Assembly (NCBI GenBank): GCA_964590315.1
Contig: CAZPVS010000002.1
Coordinates: 2,693 to 66,692, forward strand
Reading direction: 5' to 3'
Length of the DNA stretch: 64,000 nucleotides
Source of the DNA: an uncultured Candidatus Saccharibacteria bacterium
GTDB lineage: Bacteria; Patescibacteriota; Saccharimonadia; Saccharimonadales; JALRHH01
Shown here: positions 1 to 9,782 of the stretch, piece by piece
How positions within the stretch are numbered: position 1 is the stretch's first letter
Layout of the letters: every line of letters begins with the position of its first letter
Made by a program: the position numbers and the translations under genes
Notes under the pieces: generated by a model
Told to the model about the DNA's origin: nothing
What the model saw: the letters and a program-made list of their open reading frames with translations, nothing else
The model's database searches: none

Positions 1-2
1 GG

Positions 3-152
3 GGCAGCCCACCCATTCTCGTAAATGAGCAGGGTATTAATACCGATAATATCACTGCTGTAGCTGTCGCTGTATGTCTAAATGATATCCTTAATACCAT
101 GAGAACGGCTGGCCGTACTTGGGTTAATTTATTTCAGCCGAGATCGAGCTGA
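3..152 (+). CDS. 3' end of an ORF truncated by the left edge; product unknown
   Basis: Own translation of frame 3: GSPPILVNEQGINTDNITAVAVAVCLNDILNTMRTAGRTWVNLFQPRSS, then TGA at 150-152. No recognisable motif. Confidence 0.2.
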   Translation, partial: GSPPILVNEQGINTDNITAVAVAVCLNDILNTMRTAGRTWVNLFQPRSS

Positions 153-213
153 TTAAGCGTTTGATTATATGCGGAAGCTTGATAACGGTGATGTCCACAA
201 GCTCTTATGGCAT

Positions 214-1569
214 TCATCTGCAAAGAGGATATTGCTGTGGCCGTATTGGCGGTAACTCACTCCACCGGCTGACATAGCGGGGGCTCCGTAAATTATATTT
301 AGGTCGCCACGTGGTACCCATCAGCTCGGTGGCGAGCCGAATAGTCCGCTTGCCGTAGCGATTGTTGATATGATCGAACGCTTGCATCCGCTGGCGGGAC
401 TGGTCGTGCTGTCGAATGTTCACATTCCCCATGAGATCTGTCTGGAGTGTGTGATTGGGGACAAAATCGTGTAGCCCCACGCCTGCACGGTGATATGCTA
501 CGCCTGTTCGGTAGAAGGTGGCACATACGCGGGTCGCCTCCTGCAGAAGTATACCGGGATCAGCCGTAGGCTGGGATAAACGAACCTCCTGACGCCAGAC
601 GTTATAGCCTGGTTTGTGTTTGTTGGTCGTGATAAATACGGTTAAGCGAGTAGCAAGTTGATTGCTCCGTCGGAGTTTAAAGCTCGCGGTTGCGATAAAT
701 GTTGCAAGTGCGGCCTCGATGGCGGCACGATTGTTGGTATCCTCGCCGAATGTACGGGTAGCAGCCACGCTCTTCGGTAACTTCCCCTCCAGCTCCAGAG
801 GATAGCAAGCTATACCATTCAACTCTGCAACCAGTTGTCGGCCGTGAATACCCATGAGCTGTTGGGCTCGCTGTGGGCGTAGCTGCGCCATGCCAAGTGC
901 CGTACCAATACCCTCTGCCCGCATCTGAGGAGCCAGACGCCAACCAATCCCCCACACATCTGCGATAGGAGTTTTGGACAGATAGTGCGTCGCGCGGTCT
1001 TGGTCAAAAGCGGTCTGTGAAAACTCTGAATTTTCACGGTTTTCACGACTTTTCACGAATGACAGGACCCCGCCGAGTTCTGGGTTCTTTTTGGCTTGGA
1101 GATTGGCGAGTTTCGCGAGCGTCTTAGTAGGAGCGATACCGATAGAAACCGGGATACCAACCCAGTCAAGAATATGCTTGCGTACCTCCCTGCCCCATGC
1201 TTCGTAGTCGGAAATGGGTAGCTCTGAGAGATCAAGAAATGACTCATCTACTGAATAGATTTCAGTGCGTGGAGTAATAGAAGTCAGTAGTGTGGTGATG
1301 CGTCGCGAGATATTACCGTATAGTTCAAAATTGGCACTGAACTGTGCGACGTGGTGACGCGCAAAGAGCTCACGGTACTTGAAAGCGGGCGCTCCCATAG
1401 GAACGCCAAGCGCTTTAGCTTCATCGCTCCGTGACACAGCACATCCGTCGTTACTACTTAGTACAATAACCGGCCTCCCCTCAAGGTCGGGGCGGAATAA
1501 CCGCTCGCACGAGACGAAGAAATTATTGCAGTCGACGAGGGCGAGGATGGGAGATTTTTCATTTCTCAT
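214..1569 (-). CDS. umuC: Y-family translesion DNA polymerase, UmuC-like
   Basis: 451-aa ORF. The N-terminus ILALVDCNNFFVSCERLFRPDLEGRPVIVLSSNDGCAVSRSDEAKALGV parallels E. coli UmuC (MFALCDVNAFYASCE...VVVLSNNDGC). It lies directly downstream of a UmuD-like gene. Confidence 0.9.
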   Translation of the reverse strand: MRNEKSPILALVDCNNFFVSCERLFRPDLEGRPVIVLSSNDGCAVSRSDEAKALGVPMGAPAFKYRELFARHHVAQFSANFELYGNISRRITTLLTSITPRTEIYSVDESFLDLSELPISDYEAWGREVRKHILDWVGIPVSIGIAPTKTLAKLANLQAKKNPELGGVLSFVKSRENRENSEFSQTAFDQDRATHYLSKTPIADVWGIGWRLAPQMRAEGIGTALGMAQLRPQRAQQLMGIHGRQLVAELNGIACYPLELEGKLPKSVAATRTFGEDTNNRAAIEAALATFIATASFKLRRSNQLATRLTVFITTNKHKPGYNVWRQEVRLSQPTADPGILLQEATRVCATFYRTGVAYHRAGVGLHDFVPNHTLQTDLMGNVNIRQHDQSRQRMQAFDHINNRYGKRTIRLATELMGTTWRPKYNLRSPRYVSRWSELPPIRPQQYPLCR

Positions 1570-1596
1570 AAGTGCTCCAATAGCAAAAGATATATG

Positions 1597-1956
1597 TTAT
1601 TTAAATTGGTGGATGGTCGCGGTGACGACACCCCAATGAGCCGTATTCTTCGGCAGCTGGTGCGCGTACCCAAGGGTAAAAGTATCGTGCTCCCACCACG
1701 CAACCAGGTCATTGCGCTGCGCAGAAAACGCTCGGTCGACGATAACAATGTCATTATCGAGAATCCCCAGGCTTCGCCAGTCATCACCAGTTATGCGCAT
1801 GAGGTAGGTTGCCACTGGGTGATGTACGAGCAGCTGGTTAAGGTCCAGATCTTTGAGTGAGGCATCAATAGCGGGATTTGGGAAGCCGGTATGTATAGAG
1901 ACGCCCACATCCTGCGGAAGCGCATCATGATATATATTTTTTTCAGAAACCTTCAT
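1597..1956 (-). CDS. umuD: UmuD/LexA C-terminal (S24 peptidase fold)-like protein with apparently substituted catalytic dyad
   Basis: 119 aa. GFPNPAIDASLKDLDLNQLLVHHPVATYLMRITGDDW aligns to UmuD [37 protein letters not shown]. The operon order umuD-umuC is kept. Confidence 0.75.
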   Translation of the reverse strand: MKVSEKNIYHDALPQDVGVSIHTGFPNPAIDASLKDLDLNQLLVHHPVATYLMRITGDDWRSLGILDNDIVIVDRAFSAQRNDLVAWWEHDTFTLGYAHQLPKNTAHWGVVTATIHQFK

Positions 1957-2109
1957 AAACTAACTACCTTTCCAAATTTAAAGGGGTAAAAAGTGGGATG
2001 TATTAGAGCCAGTTGTCTGGCTAGAGCCGTTGGATAACGGCGGTAGTTAGAGAAGCTTGTAAGGAGGAACGTGCATACGAGCCCTCACATCGCTGAGTAT
2101 AGTATAGCC

Positions 2110-2517
2110 CTATTTTGGCTCATGTACATTAAGCTGGTCTAGAAATTCGACAAGTTGTCGGGGTGTCATCTCTGCCTTCACAATATAGCCATCGGCCTTT
2201 TGCTCGACGGCTGCTCGTCCTTCTTCGCCCTGTTCAAGATTGGTTGTAATGATAATACGGCTATGGATTTGTGGCGCATCAGGACTCCGGAGACGGTTCA
2301 GGATTTCTGTTCCAGTCAGGTTGGGGATCATGATATCGAGCAGAATGATATCGTATTGATCTGACTGAGCTTCCTTCAGCCCTTCCTCTCCGTCAATGAC
2401 GACTTTTACCTCATAACCTGCTTTAGTGAGGGCTCGCGCGTAGAGTTCGCTAATGAAATGCTCATCTTCGATGCAGAGTACGCGTATACCGTTTGGGGAT
2501 ATCTGCTTGTTATCCAT
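2110..2517 (-). CDS. Single-domain response regulator (receiver only)
   Basis: 135 aa. CheY-like receiver: VLCIEDE, phospho-acceptor context DIILLDIMIPNLTG, conserved K in YIVKAE. No output domain. Confidence 0.85.
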   Translation of the reverse strand: MDNKQISPNGIRVLCIEDEHFISELYARALTKAGYEVKVVIDGEEGLKEAQSDQYDIILLDIMIPNLTGTEILNRLRSPDAPQIHSRIIITTNLEQGEEGRAAVEQKADGYIVKAEMTPRQLVEFLDQLNVHEPK

Positions 2518-2540
2518 ATATGTTCAATCCTACTCTTATG

Positions 2541-4079
2541 TTACCTGCGGTACAAGGAATGGTTCTTTATCCAGCCATGGGCATTGCGGGTTATTTCTTT
2601 GTTGGCACTGTCCTTGATCTCTTGGGCTAGATTGGCGTATGGGATTAAGGTGAATCCGAAAGTACTACCTTCGCCTTCCTTGGAAGAGGCCCAAACCTGG
2701 CCGCCATGTGCCGTTATAATGGCTTTCGTTAGATACAGGCCAAGTCCCGTACCGCTAACCTGAGAACGCGTTCGGTGATTGCGAGAGAATTTCTCGAATA
2801 ACGTCGGAAGACCGCTGGTAGGAATCCCCTGTCCGAAATCCTGAACAGTGGTCTGGACATTGCCTTCTTTGTCGAGCGACGTACTGACGATGATGCGCTT
2901 GGAGTCACCACTATATTTGACAGCATTTTCAAGTAAGTTTGTCAGCACCTCGTAGATACTGACTCGGTCTACGGCGACCTTGGGAAGATCGGACTGAATA
3001 TCGTACTCAATAGTTTTACCGCGCGCCCCTGCCAACACCTCCGCATCAGCAGAAGCACCTTGTAGTACTTCCGGCCAGTTTTCTTCAGTTAGGTGAAATG
3101 ACAGCTGGTTCTGGTCAATTCGCGCAACGTTCAGGATATTGGTGACAATGCTGGAGAGCTGTTTCGCAGACGCCTGCATTTTCAGCATGAATGATTGGAG
3201 CTCAGTATCGAGGCTCGGGCCGATCTCTTCTTCAAAAACTTCTATGTATCCTCTGAGCATCGTAAGTGGCGTGCGGAGTTCGTGCACCGCGAGTGCCACA
3301 AAACTGAGTGATTGATCATCCTGGTTGTAACGTTCCGTGCGGTCAAATAGGGTTACGATGAATTCCGTACCGCTTGGGTTATCACGATTATAATATGCGG
3401 CAATGTCACACTGGCGGATCAGGCTGTTATCGTCTTTTGATAAAACATGAACTCGCTCCCAGTAAGCCGTATCCGTCACTTTGTTGTTCTGGCAATCTTC
3501 GACCCATTGTTCGAGCGTGTGTTCACTTGGGAATTCGAGCCGGAGGTTGTCAAACAGTGACACGCCAAATAACTGCGAGCTCTCTAATTTGCAATACTCC
3601 AGTGAGGCATTACTGGCATTCGTGACAATAAGTTGCTTATTGAATACGAAAAGTGGCAGCGGAAGATGGTTAACGATATTTGCTGCCTGGCTGATTTCTT
3701 TTCGGTGGGCGACGAGATCCTTGCTGTTTTGTTGGCTAGCAAACTGATAGATTTGAAGTGTTAAGTTGGTGACGAGTTCTCGGCCTATCTTCAAATTATT
3801 GAGGTTTGGCGCGGGTGTACCATGGTGATCTGGATCAATGTGTAATATGGCTTGCCAGAGTAGTTTGATAGGTTTGAGTGCCATTGCACTCAAAGAAAAT
3901 GCCAATACCCCAGCACTCGCGATAAGTATGCCACAGGCTATTGCGAGCGCAGTCAGGGTGTTTAGCTCGAGCAGCTCAATAGCGAGCCAGGTGCCGCCAA
4001 GTACAGGAATACCCGCTCCAATAATTCCTAAGAATATGTTTGTTCGTACTTGCTGTTCGAGCTTATGAAAGTGGTCCAC
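2541..4079 (-). CDS. Membrane sensor histidine kinase
   Basis: 512 aa with two N-terminal hydrophobic segments. H-box LAVHELRTPLT, N-box LLENAVKYSG, G-boxes DFGQGIP and GTGLGLYL. Adjacent to the receiver gene. Confidence 0.85.
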   Translation of the reverse strand: MDHFHKLEQQVRTNIFLGIIGAGIPVLGGTWLAIELLELNTLTALAIACGILIASAGVLAFSLSAMALKPIKLLWQAILHIDPDHHGTPAPNLNNLKIGRELVTNLTLQIYQFASQQNSKDLVAHRKEISQAANIVNHLPLPLFVFNKQLIVTNASNASLEYCKLESSQLFGVSLFDNLRLEFPSEHTLEQWVEDCQNNKVTDTAYWERVHVLSKDDNSLIRQCDIAAYYNRDNPSGTEFIVTLFDRTERYNQDDQSLSFVALAVHELRTPLTMLRGYIEVFEEEIGPSLDTELQSFMLKMQASAKQLSSIVTNILNVARIDQNQLSFHLTEENWPEVLQGASADAEVLAGARGKTIEYDIQSDLPKVAVDRVSIYEVLTNLLENAVKYSGDSKRIIVSTSLDKEGNVQTTVQDFGQGIPTSGLPTLFEKFSRNHRTRSQVSGTGLGLYLTKAIITAHGGQVWASSKEGEGSTFGFTLIPYANLAQEIKDSANKEITRNAHGWIKNHSLYRR

Positions 4080-4097
4080 CTATGCCGTACTTTCTTG

Positions 4098-5417
4098 TTA
4101 TGGCCGATATGTCACGTTACTGGGTATGCTGGTAGCAGTGATCCATGTTTGACCTGCATTCAGTTCAAGTGGTTTCCCGGCTGCATCTTTGAGCACGATT
4201 TGTGCTTTACTGCTCGGCTTCTCCCAGCTGCCCTCCGTGGCAATCCCATCCTGGAAGACGTATGTTTTACCTGAGCCAATTGTTTGGTAGGCCGAGTGCA
4301 CGCCATCCGGATGAATACTGTAAGGAACGATCATCACGACTACGACCTTTGGACTGAGTTGTGCCTTGGATCGTTCATCGAGGTGCGGTTTTCCTGCCAG
4401 TACGCGCTTATAGCTATTGGTTGTCGCGTCATAATCGTAGTGCACATTATAGAGGGCTCCTGAGATAGTAATGTCAATCGCATTAGCCGTGATGGATGCA
4501 CTTGGTTTTTCTGCTTTTCTCGGGAAGCCGGTGAATGTACTGGTATTCCACCCCTTTTCCTTGGCGAGCGAGAACAAGCTACCGATATTGGTATACATGT
4601 TGTGAGGGGCATACCGCGTACGGACACGGTTGAACGGTCCCGGGTTTGCGAACTGGTCGAGGTCACGAACACCTTCGTTGCGAATCTTGGCGAGTGCTTC
4701 GCCGCTGCCTCCGACGTGGGCAACTGCCGCATCAAATCCTTGAAGCCAATCAACATAGTATGGTCTAACCGAGCGGACAGGGCCGACATAATCAGGATGT
4801 GCCTCTTGGAATAGCGCGAGGAATCGAGTGATACCGCCTTCTGCGATTGCCTCAAACACCACACCGGCATCTTTGAGCCCTGATTGTGGCCGTGCATCAG
4901 GACTGTTCTCAATCATAACCCCAATGACCGGGTATTCTGATTGCTCCTTACTCACGGGGCTGCCAGTGAGGGGCGAATAGTAGATGGTCGGTTTCGGCGG
5001 CTCTTCTTTCTTTTCTTGCACAACGGGAGCTGGCGCAGGCGCGGGTTCAGGCTTCAGGAAAAGTGCCCAGGCACCCGCTCCCAGAGCAGCAAGCAATACG
5101 GCCACAAGTGCCGTGAACCCAATCTTCTGTTTCTTGCTCAAACCCTTAAACCACGCTACTGGATGGAATTTCAGTATAGTGCTACGACGGCTCGAAGCGC
5201 CTGATGATGCATCGGGAGCCGTGGTCGTTGTGTGCTCTTCTACTGGAGCAGCTATGGACTCCGGCGGTACAAAGGCTGGCTCTGGTTCGTCGGTCGCGGT
5301 AAGATTAAGTTTTGCAGGTGGGCGCGGTTCAAGAGGCCGTTTCGGCGGTTTAATTCCATCAATCATAACCGTTATTGTACGCATTCTGGCTATTGTGAAC
5401 AAGCCTCTTACCGTCAA
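4098..5417 (-). CDS. DUF3048-family membrane-anchored/secreted protein (YerB-like)
   Basis: 439 aa. One TM (IGFTALVAVLLAALGAGAWALFL), a Pro/Ala linker, then PVIGVMIENSPDARPQSGLKDAGVVFEAIAEGGITRFLALF, which is typical of DUF3048. The start is uncertain; internal Met codons at aa 12 and 18 are possible. Confidence 0.7.
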   Translation of the reverse strand: MTVRGLFTIARMRTITVMIDGIKPPKRPLEPRPPAKLNLTATDEPEPAFVPPESIAAPVEEHTTTTAPDASSGASSRRSTILKFHPVAWFKGLSKKQKIGFTALVAVLLAALGAGAWALFLKPEPAPAPAPVVQEKKEEPPKPTIYYSPLTGSPVSKEQSEYPVIGVMIENSPDARPQSGLKDAGVVFEAIAEGGITRFLALFQEAHPDYVGPVRSVRPYYVDWLQGFDAAVAHVGGSGEALAKIRNEGVRDLDQFANPGPFNRVRTRYAPHNMYTNIGSLFSLAKEKGWNTSTFTGFPRKAEKPSASITANAIDITISGALYNVHYDYDATTNSYKRVLAGKPHLDERSKAQLSPKVVVVMIVPYSIHPDGVHSAYQTIGSGKTYVFQDGIATEGSWEKPSSKAQIVLKDAAGKPLELNAGQTWITATSIPSNVTYRP

Positions 5418-5479
5418 ATACAGAAAGCATATCCTTTATATTGTGGTTTACCCCTGTTTAGGCGTATACTATATCGGTA

Positions 5480-8038
5480 ATGATTTTCTCTAAACGACCG
5501 CAAGCTACCCAGGAAACCGACGGTACCGTTCTGTTGCTCCAGGTACCTCGCACCAACGAGAAAAAAGAGCTGGCAGCTGAACAGATGCTCGCCAGTCTTC
5601 ACGGCTTGCTTCTGAGTACACAATCCACGTTTATGGGCCAACGGAGCATCAGGGAACGCCTCAGCTTTGAGATCGCCGTCAAGGCCAAACGTATCGGCTT
5701 CTATGTATGGGTGCCACAGTATCTGAAAAGCTTCGTCGAGGAACAGATTTACGCACAGTATCCTACGGTCCATATTAGTGAGGTGCCTGATTACACTATC
5801 ACCAATGTCATACCGGATGCAGTAGCATTAAGCACCGAACTGAAATTGACAGCGCATGAGGCCCTGCCCATTAAAACGTTTCCGAGTTTTGAAGTTGACC
5901 CCCTTGCCGCAATTACCGCGACATTAGCTCAATTTGATGCGCATGAGGAAGCATGGTTGCAGGTGATTGTTCGCCCGGCCTTAGATAACTGGTACAAAAA
6001 GAGCGAATCGTATGCCGGGAAAATCAGGGGCGGTAAGACCAGTACGACGGGCATGCTCAGTGCACTCTGGGCACCGCCAGAAACAAAATCAGATACCCCC
6101 AAGTTGGCAGAGCATGAATCTGCCCGTGCCAATGCTGCCGAAGAAAAGTCACACAAACTTGCCTATGAAGTAACCGTACGTATCATCTATCGCGGCGCAA
6201 ATGCACCCCAGGCACGGATGCGTATGCAAGCAATTACCGCCAGTTTTAAACAATTTAATACGACATATCTTAATGGGTTCGCGCAGAAGGCATACACCAC
6301 CGGAGAGTATGAGGTTGAACAATATCGAAGCCGTTCGTTCGCCAAACGTGGGTTCGTGCTGAATATCGAAGAAGTTGCCAGTTTGTATCATCTTCCGCAC
6401 ACCAACGTCGAGACCCCGAATATACTGTGGGCAAGTGCCAAGACCGCCGAGCCGCCTGCTACCCTGCCTATTGCCACGCAGGCCAATATGCACGAGGTTA
6501 GCCCCGTGGCGGTGACGAATTTTCGCGGGCATAATACGGTCTTCGGCATGCCACGGACTGATCGTGGACGACACATGTATATCATTGGCCAGACTGGTGT
6601 CGGTAAGTCTGGTATGCTTGAACTCCTGACCATATCCGACATCTATAGCCCGTATGGTTTTGCAGTGATTGATCCACATGGTGATTACGCGCTCAGTATT
6701 TTGAAGCGCATCCCGGAGCATCGTATACAGGACGTCATTTATTTCAATCCGGCAGACGTTGATTTTCCGATTGCTTTTAATCCCATGGAAGTGACTGACG
6801 CGACGCTGAAAACTCATACTGCATCAGAACTCATCGGCGTACTGAAGCGTATGTTTGAATCGTGGGGTCCGCGGCTTGAATACATCCTGCGGTATAGTTT
6901 GCTTGCCCTGCTCGACTATCCGGGCGCAACTATGCTGGATATTACTCGCATATTGACTGAGAAAAAATTTCGGGAAGAAGTTTTATCATATGTGGAAGAT
7001 CCGGTTGTACGGAATTTTTGGACCGTAGAATTTGCCAGCTGGAACGATAAGTTTGCCGCCGAAGCGGTCGCGCCCGTACTGAACAAAGTGGGTGCATTTA
7101 CCGCCAACCCGATTGTCCGTAATATCATTGGTCAGCCGAAAAGCAGTTTTAATATCCGTAAAATTATGGACGAGCGCAAGATACTGATAGTCAACCTGTC
7201 GCGTGGACTCATCGGTGAGGATAATGCCAGCTTACTTGGTGCTTTGCTTGTGACCAAAATCCAGATGGGTGCGATGTCGAGGGCCGATATTCCCCAGGCA
7301 GAGCGTACGCCGTTCTACCTGTATGTGGATGAGTTTCAGAACTTCGCCACCGATTCATTTGCGGTCATTCTGTCGGAAGCTCGTAAATATGCACTAAACC
7401 TCACGGTTGCAAACCAGTATATCGCGCAGATGAGCTTAGGGGTCCGTGACGCGGTGTTTGGCAACGTCGGATCTATCGTTTCTTTCCGGACTAGTGCTGA
7501 TGACGCGCGCGTTATGCTCAAGTATTTTGAGCCAAAGTTTGAGGAAGCAGACATGGTTCATATGCATAATCGCCATTTTGTGGTCAGTATGACCATTGAC
7601 GGTGAAAAGGCACAGGCGTTCTCTGCTACCACCATGCCCATTCCGCCGCCGCCGCCAGACTTTAGCGCATATATCGTGGCACATAGCCGGCAGAATTACT
7701 CGGTTGATCGTGGGCAAATTGAAGAATTCATGCATGACCGCTACCTTGCGCCCGTCAAGCAACAACCCAAACAGCAACCTAAGCAACCAAAACCACGCCC
7801 CGCCGCTGAGCCTAAGCCTGAGACCTATAAGAATATTGAAGAGGTTACTACTGTGGCCGAAGCCCTTTCACCTGTTCAGACGCCTCGAATTGCCGACTCC
7901 CCCGCCCCTGCATCAACACCAGATACTCCTGCTAAGCCAAAGCGAAAGCGCACCCGCCGCCGCAAAAAATCTAATCCCGATTCGACTCCGCAACCCACCG
8001 GTCCAGACGCTGACCCCACCGTCCTCAGAATCCGTTAA
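5480..8038 (+). CDS. HerA/T4CP (TraD/VirD4)-like P-loop ATPase with low-complexity basic/proline C-terminus
   Basis: 852 aa. Walker A GQTGVGKSG, Walker B-like YLYVDEFQNF, ARKYALNLTVANQ motif typical of coupling-protein/HerA ATPases. No N-terminal TM is visible. C-terminal KQQPKQQPKQPKPRP...KPKRKRTRRRKK. Confidence 0.6.
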   Translation: MIFSKRPQATQETDGTVLLLQVPRTNEKKELAAEQMLASLHGLLLSTQSTFMGQRSIRERLSFEIAVKAKRIGFYVWVPQYLKSFVEEQIYAQYPTVHISEVPDYTITNVIPDAVALSTELKLTAHEALPIKTFPSFEVDPLAAITATLAQFDAHEEAWLQVIVRPALDNWYKKSESYAGKIRGGKTSTTGMLSALWAPPETKSDTPKLAEHESARANAAEEKSHKLAYEVTVRIIYRGANAPQARMRMQAITASFKQFNTTYLNGFAQKAYTTGEYEVEQYRSRSFAKRGFVLNIEEVASLYHLPHTNVETPNILWASAKTAEPPATLPIATQANMHEVSPVAVTNFRGHNTVFGMPRTDRGRHMYIIGQTGVGKSGMLELLTISDIYSPYGFAVIDPHGDYALSILKRIPEHRIQDVIYFNPADVDFPIAFNPMEVTDATLKTHTASELIGVLKRMFESWGPRLEYILRYSLLALLDYPGATMLDITRILTEKKFREEVLSYVEDPVVRNFWTVEFASWNDKFAAEAVAPVLNKVGAFTANPIVRNIIGQPKSSFNIRKIMDERKILIVNLSRGLIGEDNASLLGALLVTKIQMGAMSRADIPQAERTPFYLYVDEFQNFATDSFAVILSEARKYALNLTVANQYIAQMSLGVRDAVFGNVGSIVSFRTSADDARVMLKYFEPKFEEADMVHMHNRHFVVSMTIDGEKAQAFSATTMPIPPPPPDFSAYIVAHSRQNYSVDRGQIEEFMHDRYLAPVKQQPKQQPKQPKPRPAAEPKPETYKNIEEVTTVAEALSPVQTPRIADSPAPASTPDTPAKPKRKRTRRRKKSNPDSTPQPTGPDADPTVLRIR

Positions 8039-8180
8039 TAACTTGCAACAGATAACAATTTGTGACATAGTAAGTATGACAATTACAATATGGTGTTGGG
8101 TTGATACAATGTAATCAATTTAGACTGCAAAATTTCTGGTATGCCTAAGACGGTGTCTGAATAAGAAAAGGTATGATGGG

Positions 8181-8369
8181 ATGGAGTTTCAAGGAGAGAT
8201 GTCGCGTAAAGAACGCGTAGCATTACACGAAATTCAGCTGCGTTTGGCGGCTGATAAAATGGAGCAAGTGAGCGATCAGCTTGATGAAGAGACGTTATTT
8301 GCGATGCTGGAGGCTGATGCCTTGCTAGCTAGTGTTACGCAAGCAGTAGAGAGGCTACAGAACAGCTAG
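8181..8369 (+). CDS. Small acidic helical hypothetical protein
   Basis: 62-aa ORF downstream of the ATPase. Its end overlaps the convergent gltX stop. No motif recognised. Confidence 0.3.
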   Translation: MEFQGEMSRKERVALHEIQLRLAADKMEQVSDQLDEETLFAMLEADALLASVTQAVERLQNS

Positions 8370-9782
8370 TTGCTGGTTAATGCGGCGGAGGGTGGTCTCT
8401 CTGCCGAGAACGGCGAGGGTGTCGTTGAGGGCTGGGCTAAAGGCGGCTTGGGTGGTGGCGATGCGGATGAGGCTGAAGAGGGTGCCGGGCTTTTGGCCGG
8501 TGGTTTCCAATAGTTGGTTGAGTGTATTCTGCACCGCTTCTGGAGTATAGTCACTGGCGGAAAGTGCCTCCTTGGCTTGCTCGAGCAGGTGTTTGACTTC
8601 GCTGGCGTCGAGCTTTTTGAGTTGCTTATTACCACTAATCAGGTCTGGATTGACAGGTAAATCCGTAAAGAAGTACTCAGTGAGGAGTGGCAATTCTGCA
8701 AAGAATTTTAGTCGCTCTTGTGCGAGGGAGAGGACCTGTTTTTTGTAATCGTCGGTACTGGCCTGAGCGCTTTCTGGCCAGAACCTACTGCATCGTTGGA
8801 AGAGTTCATCAATCGGCAGTGCGCGAATAAATACACCATTCATCCAGTCGAGCCTCCGTTCGTCAAATCGTGCACCAGAGCGCTGCACACGCTCCAGGGT
8901 AAATTTGGTGATGAGTTCATCACGGGTAAAGATCTCTTGTTCGGTGCCGTCATTCCAGCCCATTGATGCGAGGAAGTTAAGCATGGCCTCTGGTGTATAG
9001 CCTTCGTCTCGGTATTCGAGGACGCTCTTTGCTCCATCGCGCTTACTCAGTTTACGCTTGCCATCAGCAGCCATAATATGCGGAACATGTGCAAGTACCG
9101 GTACGTCGAGGCTTAGTGCTTCGTAGAGATTCAAATACTTCGGTACACTTGCGATATATTCGAGCCCGCGAATCACATGAGTTATTTGCATCTCTGCATC
9201 ATCAACAATGTGGGCAAAGTTGTATGTCGGTAGGCCGTCACTTTTGAGGATGATAAAATCGTCAACCGCCTCCTCCCCTGCCGAGAGGTCGCCCATGACC
9301 GCATCATGCCACTGATATACCTTAGGATCTGACTTGAAACGGAGTGGCATGCCGGGCTGCCACGTTGGCGGGTTTTCGGGACGGTATTCACGCGCGAGAA
9401 ATGGTTTTTTGGCTGCTTTGGCCTGTCCGCGAAGTTCAGCCAATTGTTCGGGTGAGCGGGTGTCAGCATAGGCGCGACCATTCTCTATGAGTTTTTGCGC
9501 CCAGGTATGGTATAGGTCTTTCCGTTCACTTTGTGTGTACGGGCCGTAAGCTCCACCTTTGTCAGGACCTTCATCCCAATCAATGCCGAGCCATGTAAGC
9601 GTCTCGTGCATAATCTCGACTGCACCGGCGACTTCACGTGCCTGGTCGGTATCCTCAACGCGGAGGATGAACGTACCGCCTGCCTGTTTGGCAACGAGCC
9701 ATGGAAATAACGCAGAGCGAACATTACCAACGTGGAGAAAACCAGTCGGACTGGGCGCAAAACGAGTTCTGACTTCTTTCAT
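8355..9782 (-). CDS. gltX: Glutamate--tRNA ligase
   Basis: 475 aa. RFAPSPTGFLHVGNVRSAL (HIGH-type motif), KLSKRDG (KMSKS motif), class I GluRS layout. Confidence 0.92.
   Translation of the reverse strand: MKEVRTRFAPSPTGFLHVGNVRSALFPWLVAKQAGGTFILRVEDTDQAREVAGAVEIMHETLTWLGIDWDEGPDKGGAYGPYTQSERKDLYHTWAQKLIENGRAYADTRSPEQLAELRGQAKAAKKPFLAREYRPENPPTWQPGMPLRFKSDPKVYQWHDAVMGDLSAGEEAVDDFIILKSDGLPTYNFAHIVDDAEMQITHVIRGLEYIASVPKYLNLYEALSLDVPVLAHVPHIMAADGKRKLSKRDGAKSVLEYRDEGYTPEAMLNFLASMGWNDGTEQEIFTRDELITKFTLERVQRSGARFDERRLDWMNGVFIRALPIDELFQRCSRFWPESAQASTDDYKKQVLSLAQERLKFFAELPLLTEYFFTDLPVNPDLISGNKQLKKLDASEVKHLLEQAKEALSASDYTPEAVQNTLNQLLETTGQKPGTLFSLIRIATTQAAFSPALNDTLAVLGRETTLRRINQQLAVL

Noticed and set aside
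1029-1060. TTTTCACG x3 repeat as a regulatory or iteron-like element
   Set aside because: It lies inside umuC, in frame, encoding SRENRENSE. It is most simply a short coding repeat.
4984-5493. 169-aa plus-strand ORF, and the minus-strand ORF 6149-6817
   Set aside because: They are antisense to the DUF3048 and T4CP-like genes respectively, both of which have clear family motifs.
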